From positions 51,920 to 89,987 of the forward strand of contig CBFGJG010000002.1 of NCBI GenBank assembly GCA_965649055.1: a stretch of 38,068 nucleotides of DNA, written 5' to 3'. Position 1 is the first letter of the stretch. Each line of letters opens with the position of its first letter. This stretch comes from a candidate division WOR-3 bacterium. GTDB taxonomy: Bacteria; Hydrothermota; UBA3072; B12-G15. Positions 18,761 through 29,354 of the stretch are shown here, piece after piece. The notes under the pieces were generated by a model. It did not search any database and was not told the DNA's origin. It worked only from the letters and a program-made list of their open reading frames with translations. The position numbers and the translations under genes were made by a program.

Positions 18761-20587
18761 CTATTCAACAGTGACACTCTTAGCAAGATTTCTTGGTTTA
18801 TCAACATCCCTTCCGTTTATATCTGCAATATGGTATGCAAAAAGTTGTAATGGTATCACATTCAAGACAGGTGAAAGATGTTCAGAAATCTCAGGGACTT
18901 CAATCACATAGTTTGCTATCTTCTTTACCTTATCATCATTTTCATTAGCGATACAGATGATAATACCGTTTCTTGCTTTAACCTCTTCAAGATTGTTCAA
19001 CATCTTTTCGTATACACTTGATTTTGTTGCAATTGCTATTACAGGTGTTTCTTTATCTATCAGTGCGAGTGGTCCATGTTTGAGTTCTCCTGCAGGATAG
19101 CCTGTTGCATGGACATAAGATATCTCTTTCAATTTCAATGCACCTTCAAGTGCTACAGGATAGTTTATACTTCTCCCCAAGAATATAAAATTCTTTTTAT
19201 CCTTGAATATCTCTGCAAGTTTATATATATATTCATAATTCTGGAGTGTTTTGGTTACTAAATCTGGCAATTTTTTAATTAAATCTATCCTCTCCTTTAT
19301 TTCTTTCTCATCGATTGTCCATTTTATCCTTGCAAGATATAATGTGAAAAGGTATATATTCAATATCTGTGCAGTGAATGCCTTTGTTGATGCAACACCT
19401 ATTTCAGGACCTGCATTGAGATATATTGTTGAATCTGATTCCCTTGCTATTGTGCTACCCATAACATTAACAAATGAAAGAACCTTTAAGAATTTTGCCT
19501 TTGCCTCTCTCAATCCAGCAAGTGTATCTGCGGTTTCCCCTGACTGGCTTATTGCTATAACAAGGGTTTCACCACCATATACAGGATTCCTGTATCTAAA
19601 CTCAGATGATATATCAACCTCTGTATTTATCCTTGCGATCTCTTCAAGGAGGTATTTACCAATATAACCTGCATGCCAGGATGTCCCACATGCCTGTATA
19701 ATTATATTTGTAATATTTGAAAGGTCTTTTGGGGCAAAAATGAAAGATTCTCCAAGATTTATTTTATCATCATATATCCTTAAAGAGATATTCTTCCTAA
19801 TAACCTCTGGTTGTTCAAATATCTCTTTCAACATAAAATGTTTAAAACTTCCTTTTTCAAGTGATTCAGGTTCCCATTCTACTTTCTTTATACTTAAGTT
19901 TATTTTCTCACCTTTTATATTAAAAACCTCAACTGAATCCCTTTTTACAACAGCAAGGTTATCATCTTCAAGGACAATAATATCTTTTGTATGGGATATT
20001 ACAGCAGGTATATCAGAACCAACAAGATTTTCGTTTTTGCCTACACCTACAATCAAAGGGCTTCCTCTTCTGAAGACAATAATCTTATCATCTTCATATG
20101 AAGATATCACAGCAATTGCAAAAGAACCTTTAAGTTCTTTAACGGTTTCCAAAACTGCCTGTTTTAAATCGCCTTTATAGTTTTCTTCTATAAGATGTGA
20201 AATAACCTCTGTGTCAGTGCTTGATTGGAAGATGTGTTTTCTTTTTAATAACATCTCTTTCAATGTGTAATAATTTTCTATTATACCATTATGAACAACT
20301 GCAAAATTTTCTGTGCAGTCTACCTGTGGATGTGCATTGTGATCAGATGGTTCACCGTGTGTTGCCCATCTCGTATGTCCTATACCAATATTACCTTGTA
20401 AAGGTTCCTTAGAAAGTTTTTCCTGGAGTTTCATTAGCTTTCCCACACTCTTAACAACCCTTAGTTCACCATTTTCTACAACAGCAATACCACTTGAATC
20501 ATATCCTCTGTATTCAAGTTTCCATAGGCTTGATATAAGGACACTTGTAATATCTTTATTCCCTATATAACCAACAATTCCACACAA
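18761..20587 (-). CDS. glmS: Glutamine--fructose-6-phosphate transaminase
   Basis: TTG start after GGAGG; MCGIVG, LEYRGYDS, GHTRWATHG, HNGIIEN, SQSGETADT, VASTKAF, PRNLAKSVTVE. Confidence 0.98.
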   Translation of the reverse strand: MCGIVGYIGNKDITSVLISSLWKLEYRGYDSSGIAVVENGELRVVKSVGKLMKLQEKLSKEPLQGNIGIGHTRWATHGEPSDHNAHPQVDCTENFAVVHNGIIENYYTLKEMLLKRKHIFQSSTDTEVISHLIEENYKGDLKQAVLETVKELKGSFAIAVISSYEDDKIIVFRRGSPLIVGVGKNENLVGSDIPAVISHTKDIIVLEDDNLAVVKRDSVEVFNIKGEKINLSIKKVEWEPESLEKGSFKHFMLKEIFEQPEVIRKNISLRIYDDKINLGESFIFAPKDLSNITNIIIQACGTSWHAGYIGKYLLEEIARINTEVDISSEFRYRNPVYGGETLVIAISQSGETADTLAGLREAKAKFLKVLSFVNVMGSTIARESDSTIYLNAGPEIGVASTKAFTAQILNIYLFTLYLARIKWTIDEKEIKERIDLIKKLPDLVTKTLQNYEYIYKLAEIFKDKKNFIFLGRSINYPVALEGALKLKEISYVHATGYPAGELKHGPLALIDKETPVIAIATKSSVYEKMLNNLEEVKARNGIIICIANENDDKVKKIANYVIEVPEISEHLSPVLNVIPLQLFAYHIADINGRDVDKPRNLAKSVTVE

Positions 20588-20588
20588 T

Positions 20589-21917
20589 CTATACCTCCAT
20601 TGCCTCTTCTATCATCTTTTTAACCCACTTTTCATCATTACCTTCACAAATAAACCTTATAATGGGTTCTGTTCCGCTTTTTCTTAAATGTAACCATCCT
20701 TCATTATAAAAAATCTTTATTCCATCCGTAAGATCTGCATTTTTTGAATATCTTTCAAATAATAATTTATAAACTTTGTCCCTCTCGTCAAGGTTTTCAA
20801 AATGCCTTGTTTTTTTAATCATATACAACTTAGGAATTTCTTCAACAATTTTTGAGATTTTTTTGTTCGTCTCTGCAAGTAAGGATAATATAAGTGTCAT
20901 ACCAACCATTGCATCCCTCGTATATTGGACCTCAGGGAGAATAACACCGCCATTACCTTCACCACCTATTATTGCATTAATTTCTTTCATTTTTTTTACC
21001 ACATTTGCCTCTCCAACCTTTGCCCTATGAACCTTTGTATTATATTTTTTTGCTATAAAATCAACCATTGAAGTTGTTGAATAATTAACAACAGATTCTC
21101 CTTTTACCTTTGAAAACCAGTGTTCTAAAGCTAAAGTTATAGTGTATTCTTCACCAATAGCAATCCCTTTATCATCCACAATACTTAACCTGTCGCCATC
21201 TGCATCTGTTGCAAATCCCAAATCTGCACCAGTGTCCTTCACAAGGCTTTCAAGTGCCTTAAGATTTTCCGGAACAGGTTCAGGGTCTCTCCTGAAATCA
21301 CCTGTGTCTTCACAGAATAGTTCTATTACATCGCATCCAAGCCTTCTCAGAAAATATGGATATGCATAATAACTTGCACCATTCACACAGTCTATTACAA
21401 TTTTAAATTTTCTCTTTCTAATGATCTCAAAATTTATTTTTTTTAGTCTTAATATCTTATCTATATGTCTTTCAATCCCTTTCTCATCATTAACAACATC
21501 CTTTATCTCACTCCATTTAACCCTTTCAAAATCACTTTCTATAATCTGGTCTAATTGTTTACTCTCTTCTTCACTCAAAAATTCCCCATTCTTATTTATT
21601 ATTTTTAAAGCATTCCATTCAGATGGGTTATGGCTCGCTGTTATAGCAATACCACCTTCTGCCTTGAGTTCCTTAACATTAAGGAGTATAGTTGGGGTTG
21701 GAACTATTCCAAGGTCAACAACATCACATCCAACTGATAACAAACCTGCAATAACTGCATTTTTGAGCATTTCACCACTTCTCCTTGAATCCCTTCCAAC
21801 AACTATCTTTTTTCTCCTTGTTAAAACACCATAAGCACCTGCGTATCTTGTTACATATTCAGGTGTGAAACCTTTGCCTACTATTCCTCTAATTCCTGAC
21901 ACTGATTTTATTATAAT
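20589..21917 (-). CDS. glmM: Phosphoglucosamine mutase / phosphomannomutase; probable ATT start 5 codons upstream of the ORF-track GTG
   Basis: SVSGIRG, ITASHNP, DADGDR, GEGNGG, RKSGTEP; directly upstream of glmS; GGAGG lies 6 nt before in-frame ATT at 21917. Confidence 0.88.
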   Translation of the reverse strand: MIIKSVSGIRGIVGKGFTPEYVTRYAGAYGVLTRRKKIVVGRDSRRSGEMLKNAVIAGLLSVGCDVVDLGIVPTPTILLNVKELKAEGGIAITASHNPSEWNALKIINKNGEFLSEEESKQLDQIIESDFERVKWSEIKDVVNDEKGIERHIDKILRLKKINFEIIRKRKFKIVIDCVNGASYYAYPYFLRRLGCDVIELFCEDTGDFRRDPEPVPENLKALESLVKDTGADLGFATDADGDRLSIVDDKGIAIGEEYTITLALEHWFSKVKGESVVNYSTTSMVDFIAKKYNTKVHRAKVGEANVVKKMKEINAIIGGEGNGGVILPEVQYTRDAMVGMTLILSLLAETNKKISKIVEEIPKLYMIKKTRHFENLDERDKVYKLLFERYSKNADLTDGIKIFYNEGWLHLRKSGTEPIIRFICEGNDEKWVKKMIEEAMEV

Positions 21918-23013
21918 TTTGCACCTCCATTTTCCTTATTCTTTCTTCTATCATTTTATCAAGTTCTGATATTCCATCACCACGTAAAGCAGAGATAAAA
22001 ACTGAATTTTCATATTTATTTTTAAGATAAGATACGGTCATAAAATCAACAACAAGATCAATCTTATTAAAGACAAATATGAAGTCTTTATCTTCGATAC
22101 CAAGTAGTTTGAGTATGTTCAGAGATTCTTCAATCTGGACACTGTATCTTTCATTGGAGACATCTATCACTATAAGCCTTAAATCAACAAAAGTAGCCTC
22201 CATAAGTGTTGATTTAAATGAAGCAATTAACTGATGTGGTATGTTCTGTATAAAACCAACAGTATCTGTAAGAAGGAATTTTTTTCCGTTTGATGTGTAT
22301 CCTATCCTTGTTAAAGGGTCAAGTGTAGCAAAAAGCTTATTATCAACATAGGTATTTGCATTTGTAAGCCTGTTCATAAGAGTTGATTTACCTGCGTTTG
22401 TATATCCAAGTAGTGCAATTGTAAAAATATCCTTCCTTCTTTTTCTCTGTATCTCAAGTGTCTTTTCTATTTTTTTTAATTTATCCTCAAGATATTTTAT
22501 CCTTTCCCTTATTTTTCTCCTGTCAATCTCAAGTTTCTGTTCTCCGGGTCCCCTTGTTCCAATTCCACCACCTGTTCTTGAAAATTCATTCCCTTTTCCT
22601 ATCAATCTTGGAATTTCAAATCTTAATTTTGCAAGTTCAACTTCTATCTTGGAAACACTTGTTTTTGCATGTTTTGCAAAAATATCAAGAATTATATCCC
22701 TTCTATCAATTGTCTTTTTCCCAGTAATTTTCTCTATATTTCTTATCTGTGCAGGAGATAATGGTTCATCAAATAGTATGGTATCAAAACCATCCCATTT
22801 TGATATCTCTTCTATCTTACCTTTACCTATATGATATGCAGGGTCAGGACTTTTTTTAACCTGTATTATCATATCAATGACTTCACCACCATATGTTTTT
22901 ACTAATTCCCTTAGTTCATTAAGTGAATCAAGTTTCTTCTGTTTATCTATAGATTTATTTATCAAACCTACTATGAGAAATTTTTCTCTTTCTTTAGAAG
23001 TTGAATTTAACAT
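21889..23013 (-). CDS. hflX: Ribosome-splitting GTPase HflX (start at ATG 23013 preferred over track start 23025)
   Basis: GKGKIEE, ILDIFAKHA, GGGIGTRGPGEQKLEIDRR, GYTNAGKS, FATLDP, DTVGF, NKID. Confidence 0.96.
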   Translation of the reverse strand: MLNSTSKEREKFLIVGLINKSIDKQKKLDSLNELRELVKTYGGEVIDMIIQVKKSPDPAYHIGKGKIEEISKWDGFDTILFDEPLSPAQIRNIEKITGKKTIDRRDIILDIFAKHAKTSVSKIEVELAKLRFEIPRLIGKGNEFSRTGGGIGTRGPGEQKLEIDRRKIRERIKYLEDKLKKIEKTLEIQRKRRKDIFTIALLGYTNAGKSTLMNRLTNANTYVDNKLFATLDPLTRIGYTSNGKKFLLTDTVGFIQNIPHQLIASFKSTLMEATFVDLRLIVIDVSNERYSVQIEESLNILKLLGIEDKDFIFVFNKIDLVVDFMTVSYLKNKYENSVFISALRGDGISELDKMIEERIRKMEVQNYNKISVRN

Positions 23014-26000
23014 TAATTCCACCACCTATTTCGTATCTTCTATCTGTTTTAAGTATATTGTTAAAATGTTTTTTATAGAATATATTCATTCCACCTACAA
23101 TACTTGAAGTGAATTCGTACTTTCCGTCTATCTTAAAATTTATATCATAATAATCACTATTTACCTGTTTGGACTGGATAAAAAGATTTTTCGTAATATT
23201 CCTTCTACCTGTTATGGAATTCTCAAAAGATAAATTAAGATTACCCTTGAGTTTAAAGGGTGTTTTTCTAAAAGGTAGGGATATTGGTTTATTTTGAGTA
23301 AATTTATATTCGGTATTTAAATTTATGGACCAGTTTAAATCTTCATTTATCAGATCACTATATTGATTTTTTTCATTTCTCAGATTCCTATTTATATTCC
23401 CATTTATGTTTAAATTAAGTGTATTTTTTAAACCAATTCTAAGCTGCGGAGTTATATTTTCTGTTATTGTAATGAGAATATAATTTGGATCATCAATCCT
23501 TCTTTGAGATTCATTCCTCTTTGAGTATCTAAAAGTATAATTTATAGAATTCAAGAAATTCTTAAAGATTATGAATTTTTGTGGAATAACACCATCAAGG
23601 GAAAAAGATGGAAAATCGTATGAGAATTTTTTCACAAAATCATTCTGATAGTATGGAATTCTATAAGAAAAACCCGCAGATGTACTCACATTAATTCCAA
23701 TTAATTTGAAACGTGTAGATAACTCACCATTCAAATTTTCATCACCTCCATCCCTTATATCATTAACAAAAATTTTATCATTCTCAACATATGTCCTTAA
23801 ACCATATCTGAATCTATAATCTGGTCTGCTATTAAGATAATTATATATAGATGATCTGTCAATTGAGAATTTCATACTGAGATTATCAAGGTTTGTTACA
23901 ATTTTGTTAAATAAAGGTATCTTTGAAAGGAAATTAATTCTCAGATTACTACCTATAGAGAATGCCCTCTTTATTGCGGCAGACCTCACATCATTTGTAT
24001 CACCAAGTGAATTTGCATACTCATAATTATGAATCTCAAGATATGAAACAGAATATCTGAAGACAAACATAAATAAATTGAGATTTGCACTTAAGTTTTC
24101 TTTAAAATTATCAGGCCAACCATATGGATAATTACTATTAATATAGTTTCTATCAAGTGATAGAGAATTGTTATAGTCAAAAGATAAAATCGATACTGGG
24201 CTATACCTTGTAGAAAAATTACCATCTAATATATTCACAGATTTTCTGATTTGTTTAACAAATACAGAATCTTTAGTATTGTAAGAATAATTAACTGGTT
24301 TTGACTTTGTCCAGTTTCCTCCTATAGAAATATTTGAAGGAAAAACAGAAATTTTAAAAATCTTAATATTTGGGAGATTTAAATTATAAACACCATTTGA
24401 ACTTATTGTTTTTGTTGTATCTATTGAACGATATGGGGAATAAGACTGATTAAATCTATAACTGCTGCTTATAGCTAATGGGTCTATTATATATCCTATA
24501 AAATTCTTGATTTTCCTTTTTGAAGCTATGCTTATAGTATAATTATATGAACTTGAATTTGAAGACTCCCTTTCTTTTAATGAATCAGGTAAGAGTATAT
24601 CCGAATTAAGGTAATAAAATGGTGTGCTCCTTGTATTATTCATTGATATATTCAGAGGAAGGTTTACGATATTGAATAACATTCTGTCAAGGGATGTTCT
24701 TATTCCAAAGTTTCTTGATTTTAATGATGACTCACTGAAACTCTTAAGTTCGCCAGAATTCTCCTTAAAATTTAACCCTCTACTTTCCTCAGAATAATTC
24801 AATGAAAAGTTATTCGTCAGGTCAAGATTAAAACTATAAGAATATTTTATATCCATTGACCTTCTCGGGGACAAAAGGTATATATCATCAAAATATATTA
24901 TAGCATTTAAAGGTTCATTGCATACATTTTCAACCCCAATAGATGTATAATAAACACTTTTTAAAGTCGGATTACCTACAACAAGGTAATTTGAATCTTT
25001 TTCACTCACAAGTTTGAATGCAGTTAACGAATCGAGATTTATTGTTATAGTATCCCAGTCACCCTTTCTTATAATCCTTCTTATTTCATAATAGTTGAGT
25101 GAATCGGTTCCTATTCTCAAGAAAACCTTGATGCTTTCCGCATTGGTTTCCTTTATGAAAGAAAAGTATCTTAATTCTCTGTATAATCTAAAGTCTTTAG
25201 GAATATTGAAAGTCTGTTTTGCAACAACAAAGTGATTTTTAAGAAGGCTATCAATTGAAAAGAGTATTGACTTTTCCTCTGAATATCCACCTGTTGTAAT
25301 CCTTTCCCTTGGAACAGGTGATATATAGTTTCTATCTTCATATTCACTAACATAGCTTATTGTCAATTTCTCAAAATCGTATATTTTAGAAGAATCCCTT
25401 GAAAATACACCTTCATTATTCCATGTATTACCTATAATTCCCCAGTTATAAACCTTTATCCTTGTAGTATCCTGAACACCATCTAACCATATTCTTACAT
25501 ACTTTATATCTGTTAATGAAGGGGAACCAACAACAGAGTAGTTTTTATCTTCAAGTGGTATTCTTATTTTCCTCCATCCATTACCATTGTCAAGAACAAC
25601 ATAATCATTTGAGCTTAAATCAACCCTGAATGAAAAATAATTGTTTCTCAATTCAAGCGAGTTATCAGGGAAAAGGTCCTCTGAATCCAGTTTACCATTA
25701 TTTTCAGTTCCATTCAATCTCAATGAATCAGAAAGCGTCCTTGGTATCGTATTTATACAATCATCATTTCCATCATCTCCTGATGAAACGGCATCTGGTT
25801 TTGAATCGTCAAATTGTATAAGATCTAATCCTGTATCTTCACCATCTTCAAGAACACCATTCCCATTTGAATCTTCGGTATCAAGTCTATTATTTGGCAA
25901 AACAACATCACCATCCCTGTTAATCCTGAAAACATCCTCTGATATTTCACTTCCGACATCAATATGTAATATACCTTTATCACCATAAACCCACATTTCT

Positions 26001-28237
26001 ATTGCCTGTTCTTTTGATATATCTATTGATGTTCTACCGAAGGAACGCATAATCCCGTTAAATGAACTTGGACTATTGTTTTTAGGTATAAACAATAGCT
26101 GTAACACATATTCTATATCGCTTTCTGGTCTATTTGGTTGAATCGCTTTCATGTTCACGGGAACATTCCACCAGTATATTCTACCAGCATCATTATAATC
26201 TTTACCTTGGGGAACACTTATAAAGTGCCAGTCAATCCTTGAATTTCCAAAGAATTGAGTTTTTTCTGTCCTTTCCATATTATCCACATAACCCTTTCCT
26301 TTTGAAGAAGGGTCGGGTCTTGAAAATTTAAAATTAGTGGTGAACTGTATCTTTGGCTCTTTATCATCACCGATAATAGGTATCCTGCTTGTAATTGGTT
26401 TTAAGAAATTAATTTCCTGCGAAGTTTTAAAACTTACACCTGTTAGAAAAAGATTATTAGGTTCCTCACCTATCTGTGTATAAAACTCTTTTGAAGGAAC
26501 TGCATTATAATTAAAAGTTGTTATCAGATTTGAATTAAGAATCTTTGTATCCAATGTAAGATTCGTATTATATTTTTCCGAACCAAGCATCGGTCTTAAT
26601 TTATAAAAAATCCTTATTTTTTCATCAGGTGTATATCTTTCCGGGTGCAAAAGTTTAACTTCACCTGTATTGTAATCAATTGTATAGTCTTCGTTTCTTC
26701 TCAATGTATCATTCCCTATCATTAAAATATCTGTATTTTCAACGATATTCGACTCAAGTTGCAATTCGCTTATACTTCTTTTTATCTTAACCTGAATAAA
26801 ATATTTATTTTTTTCATCCGGTGTTATCTGTTTTTTCCTGTATATTGCTGGAACTGTATCAGGTGCTAAACTTTCTGAAAGGAAAGGAAGGAAATCAGGG
26901 AAAAATATTATTCCCTTATAAGTATTGTAAAAAGAGTGATCAATTTCAGAATTACCGTCTCTGTCAAGTCCTAACAGCTCAAGATATGTCTTATTGGTTC
27001 TCTCATCAATCTTTGTCGGTTCCTGACCGGGTCTAACCTTAAAAATATCAACATTTATCTTTTGAACATCTGTTCCTCCATAGAATTGGTATATGTTTCT
27101 CATCATCAGATACCATGTTGTATCATTCGGACTCGGGTCAAATTCTCTTATGAGCAGGAGTTCCGTTGTATCAATTGCACTTGCAGGGAAGCGACCTATT
27201 GTATCTATCTTTCCTGTCAATAAATTTTTTTTTATAAAACATATACCTATCATTCCTGTTGGATAGTTCTTCATCTCAAGAAAAGGAATTATTTTACCGG
27301 ATGGTTGGATAAAATAATTCAATATATAATCTTCAGTTGGAATTTGTTCTTTGAATCTTGATTCACTTTTTATAGTTGAATTTAGTTTAAAATACTTCGC
27401 TGGTATACTATTCATCACATCTGAATTCTGATAAAAAACCTTTATCTTTACAAGTGAATCATTCTCTCCGAGTGGAATAAAATAGAATCTATCCTTTACA
27501 TACTGTTCATCGTATATTACTATTGAATCAGTGGATGCTGATTTTTCAACGGATTTTGATACTTCTTCGTTTGTTTCTCTTTTTAAAGAAAAATCAAATT
27601 GTGTATTTGCAAAAGTGCCTCTTGAATTTATACCGAAATCACCTTTTTCCTTCATATCACCAAGTGAGAGATACTGCAATATATCGTCTTCATCTTTACT
27701 TTCATACCATATTTTTATCTTATTATCTGCTTCATCTGTTCTTTTTGAATCGTGGTCAACAGTAATATTTATCTTATTTCCCACATTACCAGTTATATTT
27801 ATCTTCAGTTGCTGGTCCGGTTTTATCTGTGAATAACTTCTATTTTCACCCAAAATACCTTCATTCACCACCTGTGAATACTCAAAACTTACAAATTGAT
27901 ACCCTTTCACAACAACCTTACCACCTTCTCCTACAAAATATTTAAATGTATTTGGTAAAGCAAAAGAAAAAGAGATTTCAGGTATTATACCTTCTCCTGA
28001 ACTTATCTCCTTCCTTATACCTTCCGTGACTGCCTTCTTAAATTCGTCTGCAAGTAATTCCTTAAAATATAAGTTAAAATCAGAGCCTTCTAAAACCTTT
28101 ACTGTGGATATATACATATTTTCATAATATTCGTTTATGGCTATGAATTCTCCAACAAGTTCAACTGTTCTTGTAATATCTTTCTTATAAAAATAATTCT
28201 GAATATCCTCTGTAAAAGATAATAAAAAAATCAGCAC
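22994..28237 (-). CDS. sprA: SprA/Sov-like large outer-membrane translocon (type IX secretion family)
   Basis: QQLKINITGNVGNKINITVDHDS and DEDDILQ..LGD (SprA N-terminal motifs), LRRNEDYTIDYNTGEV, LDTEDSNGNG, GTENNGKLDSEDL, IKYVRIWL; long amphipathic beta-strand C-terminal part ending in Phe. Confidence 0.82.
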   Translation of the reverse strand: MLIFLLSFTEDIQNYFYKKDITRTVELVGEFIAINEYYENMYISTVKVLEGSDFNLYFKELLADEFKKAVTEGIRKEISSGEGIIPEISFSFALPNTFKYFVGEGGKVVVKGYQFVSFEYSQVVNEGILGENRSYSQIKPDQQLKINITGNVGNKINITVDHDSKRTDEADNKIKIWYESKDEDDILQYLSLGDMKEKGDFGINSRGTFANTQFDFSLKRETNEEVSKSVEKSASTDSIVIYDEQYVKDRFYFIPLGENDSLVKIKVFYQNSDVMNSIPAKYFKLNSTIKSESRFKEQIPTEDYILNYFIQPSGKIIPFLEMKNYPTGMIGICFIKKNLLTGKIDTIGRFPASAIDTTELLLIREFDPSPNDTTWYLMMRNIYQFYGGTDVQKINVDIFKVRPGQEPTKIDERTNKTYLELLGLDRDGNSEIDHSFYNTYKGIIFFPDFLPFLSESLAPDTVPAIYRKKQITPDEKNKYFIQVKIKRSISELQLESNIVENTDILMIGNDTLRRNEDYTIDYNTGEVKLLHPERYTPDEKIRIFYKLRPMLGSEKYNTNLTLDTKILNSNLITTFNYNAVPSKEFYTQIGEEPNNLFLTGVSFKTSQEINFLKPITSRIPIIGDDKEPKIQFTTNFKFSRPDPSSKGKGYVDNMERTEKTQFFGNSRIDWHFISVPQGKDYNDAGRIYWWNVPVNMKAIQPNRPESDIEYVLQLLFIPKNNSPSSFNGIMRSFGRTSIDISKEQAIEMWVYGDKGILHIDVGSEISEDVFRINRDGDVVLPNNRLDTEDSNGNGVLEDGEDTGLDLIQFDDSKPDAVSSGDDGNDDCINTIPRTLSDSLRLNGTENNGKLDSEDLFPDNSLELRNNYFSFRVDLSSNDYVVLDNGNGWRKIRIPLEDKNYSVVGSPSLTDIKYVRIWLDGVQDTTRIKVYNWGIIGNTWNNEGVFSRDSSKIYDFEKLTISYVSEYEDRNYISPVPRERITTGGYSEEKSILFSIDSLLKNHFVVAKQTFNIPKDFRLYRELRYFSFIKETNAESIKVFLRIGTDSLNYYEIRRIIRKGDWDTITINLDSLTAFKLVSEKDSNYLVVGNPTLKSVYYTSIGVENVCNEPLNAIIYFDDIYLLSPRRSMDIKYSYSFNLDLTNNFSLNYSEESRGLNFKENSGELKSFSESSLKSRNFGIRTSLDRMLFNIVNLPLNISMNNTRSTPFYYLNSDILLPDSLKERESSNSSSYNYTISIASKRKIKNFIGYIIDPLAISSSYRFNQSYSPYRSIDTTKTISSNGVYNLNLPNIKIFKISVFPSNISIGGNWTKSKPVNYSYNTKDSVFVKQIRKSVNILDGNFSTRYSPVSILSFDYNNSLSLDRNYINSNYPYGWPDNFKENLSANLNLFMFVFRYSVSYLEIHNYEYANSLGDTNDVRSAAIKRAFSIGSNLRINFLSKIPLFNKIVTNLDNLSMKFSIDRSSIYNYLNSRPDYRFRYGLRTYVENDKIFVNDIRDGGDENLNGELSTRFKLIGINVSTSAGFSYRIPYYQNDFVKKFSYDFPSFSLDGVIPQKFIIFKNFLNSINYTFRYSKRNESQRRIDDPNYILITITENITPQLRIGLKNTLNLNINGNINRNLRNEKNQYSDLINEDLNWSINLNTEYKFTQNKPISLPFRKTPFKLKGNLNLSFENSITGRRNITKNLFIQSKQVNSDYYDINFKIDGKYEFTSSIVGGMNIFYKKHFNNILKTDRRYEIGGGINVKFNF

Positions 28238-29124
28238 ATTTTCCTCGCCATCTTTATTGCCATCTTTGTGCTTTCTGGTGATGCTATATTTTTACAGACT
28301 ATATCAAATCCTGTTCCATGTGCAGGAGATGTTCGGACAACTGGAAGGCCTATTGTAGTATTAATACCTTTAAAAAATGACAGGTATTTAAATGGTATCA
28401 TTCCCTGGTCATGATACATTGAAACAATAACATCATAATCCTTTTTCATAAAAAAAGTATCAGGTGGAACAAGACCAATAACTTTAATACCCTCTTTTTT
28501 CAACTCATTGATAGCAGGAATAATTTCTTTTATTTCTTCCTTACCCAATACACCTGATTCACCTGCATGTGGGTTCAGGCTTAAAAATAAAATATTTGGA
28601 TTGGTTTTCAATCTTTCTTTAAAAAACCTGTCTAATATTCTTACCTTCATTTTTATGAAATCTTTTCTTATGTATTTATGAACATCCTTTAAAGGTATAT
28701 GGGTTGTCAAAAGAAAAACATTTATTTTTCCCATCATAAGCATACCATAATCTTTAACATTAAATTTACTCGCAATTATCTCTGTCTGTCCTTTAAATCT
28801 ATACCCTGCAAGATTGATACCATTTTTAGATAAAGGTAATGTTACTATTGCTTTCGCCTGATTTTTTTTTAAGATTTCAATCCCTTCCATTAGAGATCTA
28901 AACGCTATTTCTCCATTCAGTTTTGAATCTTTACCGACCACAAAGTTACCTTTAATATCAAAAAAATTTATCTTACAAGGTAAATTTAATGAGAGTTTTT
29001 CAGAATAAAATTTCAGAGCCTTGTATGAACCAACAACGATATCATCTTTTTTTAGAAGATTTTGTGATTTAAGAAAAACCTCGTAACTTATTCCTCCGGG
29101 GTCTCCAAGTGTAAATACAATCAT
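28231..29124 (-). CDS. pdxA: 4-hydroxythreonine-4-phosphate dehydrogenase PdxA family
   Basis: TLGDPGGI, VTLPLSK, TTHIPL, LNPHAGE, MYHDQG, GLPVVRTSPAHGTGFDI. Confidence 0.92.
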   Translation of the reverse strand: MIVFTLGDPGGISYEVFLKSQNLLKKDDIVVGSYKALKFYSEKLSLNLPCKINFFDIKGNFVVGKDSKLNGEIAFRSLMEGIEILKKNQAKAIVTLPLSKNGINLAGYRFKGQTEIIASKFNVKDYGMLMMGKINVFLLTTHIPLKDVHKYIRKDFIKMKVRILDRFFKERLKTNPNILFLSLNPHAGESGVLGKEEIKEIIPAINELKKEGIKVIGLVPPDTFFMKKDYDVIVSMYHDQGMIPFKYLSFFKGINTTIGLPVVRTSPAHGTGFDIVCKNIASPESTKMAIKMARKMC

Positions 29125-29354
29125 AATTCCTCTATATAATTATATATTTCATCCTTACTAATGTTTTTTGAAACAGGAATTTCCTTCACCTTTATCCTGC
29201 GACCCTGAATCTCTATAATATCACCGACTTTAACCTCTCTTGATGGCTTTGAAGGCACACCATTAACATAAACAGAACCTACTTTTATCATGAGATTACT
29301 TTTTGTTCTTCTTTTTACCAGACAGGTGGTTTTTAAAAAAAGATCAAGCCTCAT
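29121..29354 (-). CDS. S4-domain RNA-binding protein (YabO/RqcP/Hsp15-like)
   Basis: MRLDLFL..LVKRRT..V.VNG..KPSREVKVGDIIEI; ATGA overlaps on both sides. Confidence 0.88.
   Translation of the reverse strand: MRLDLFLKTTCLVKRRTKSNLMIKVGSVYVNGVPSKPSREVKVGDIIEIQGRRIKVKEIPVSKNISKDEIYNYIEEL

Noticed and set aside
20589..20620. glmS ribozyme
   Set aside because: glmS starts 1 nt after the glmM stop; there is no leader to hold it.
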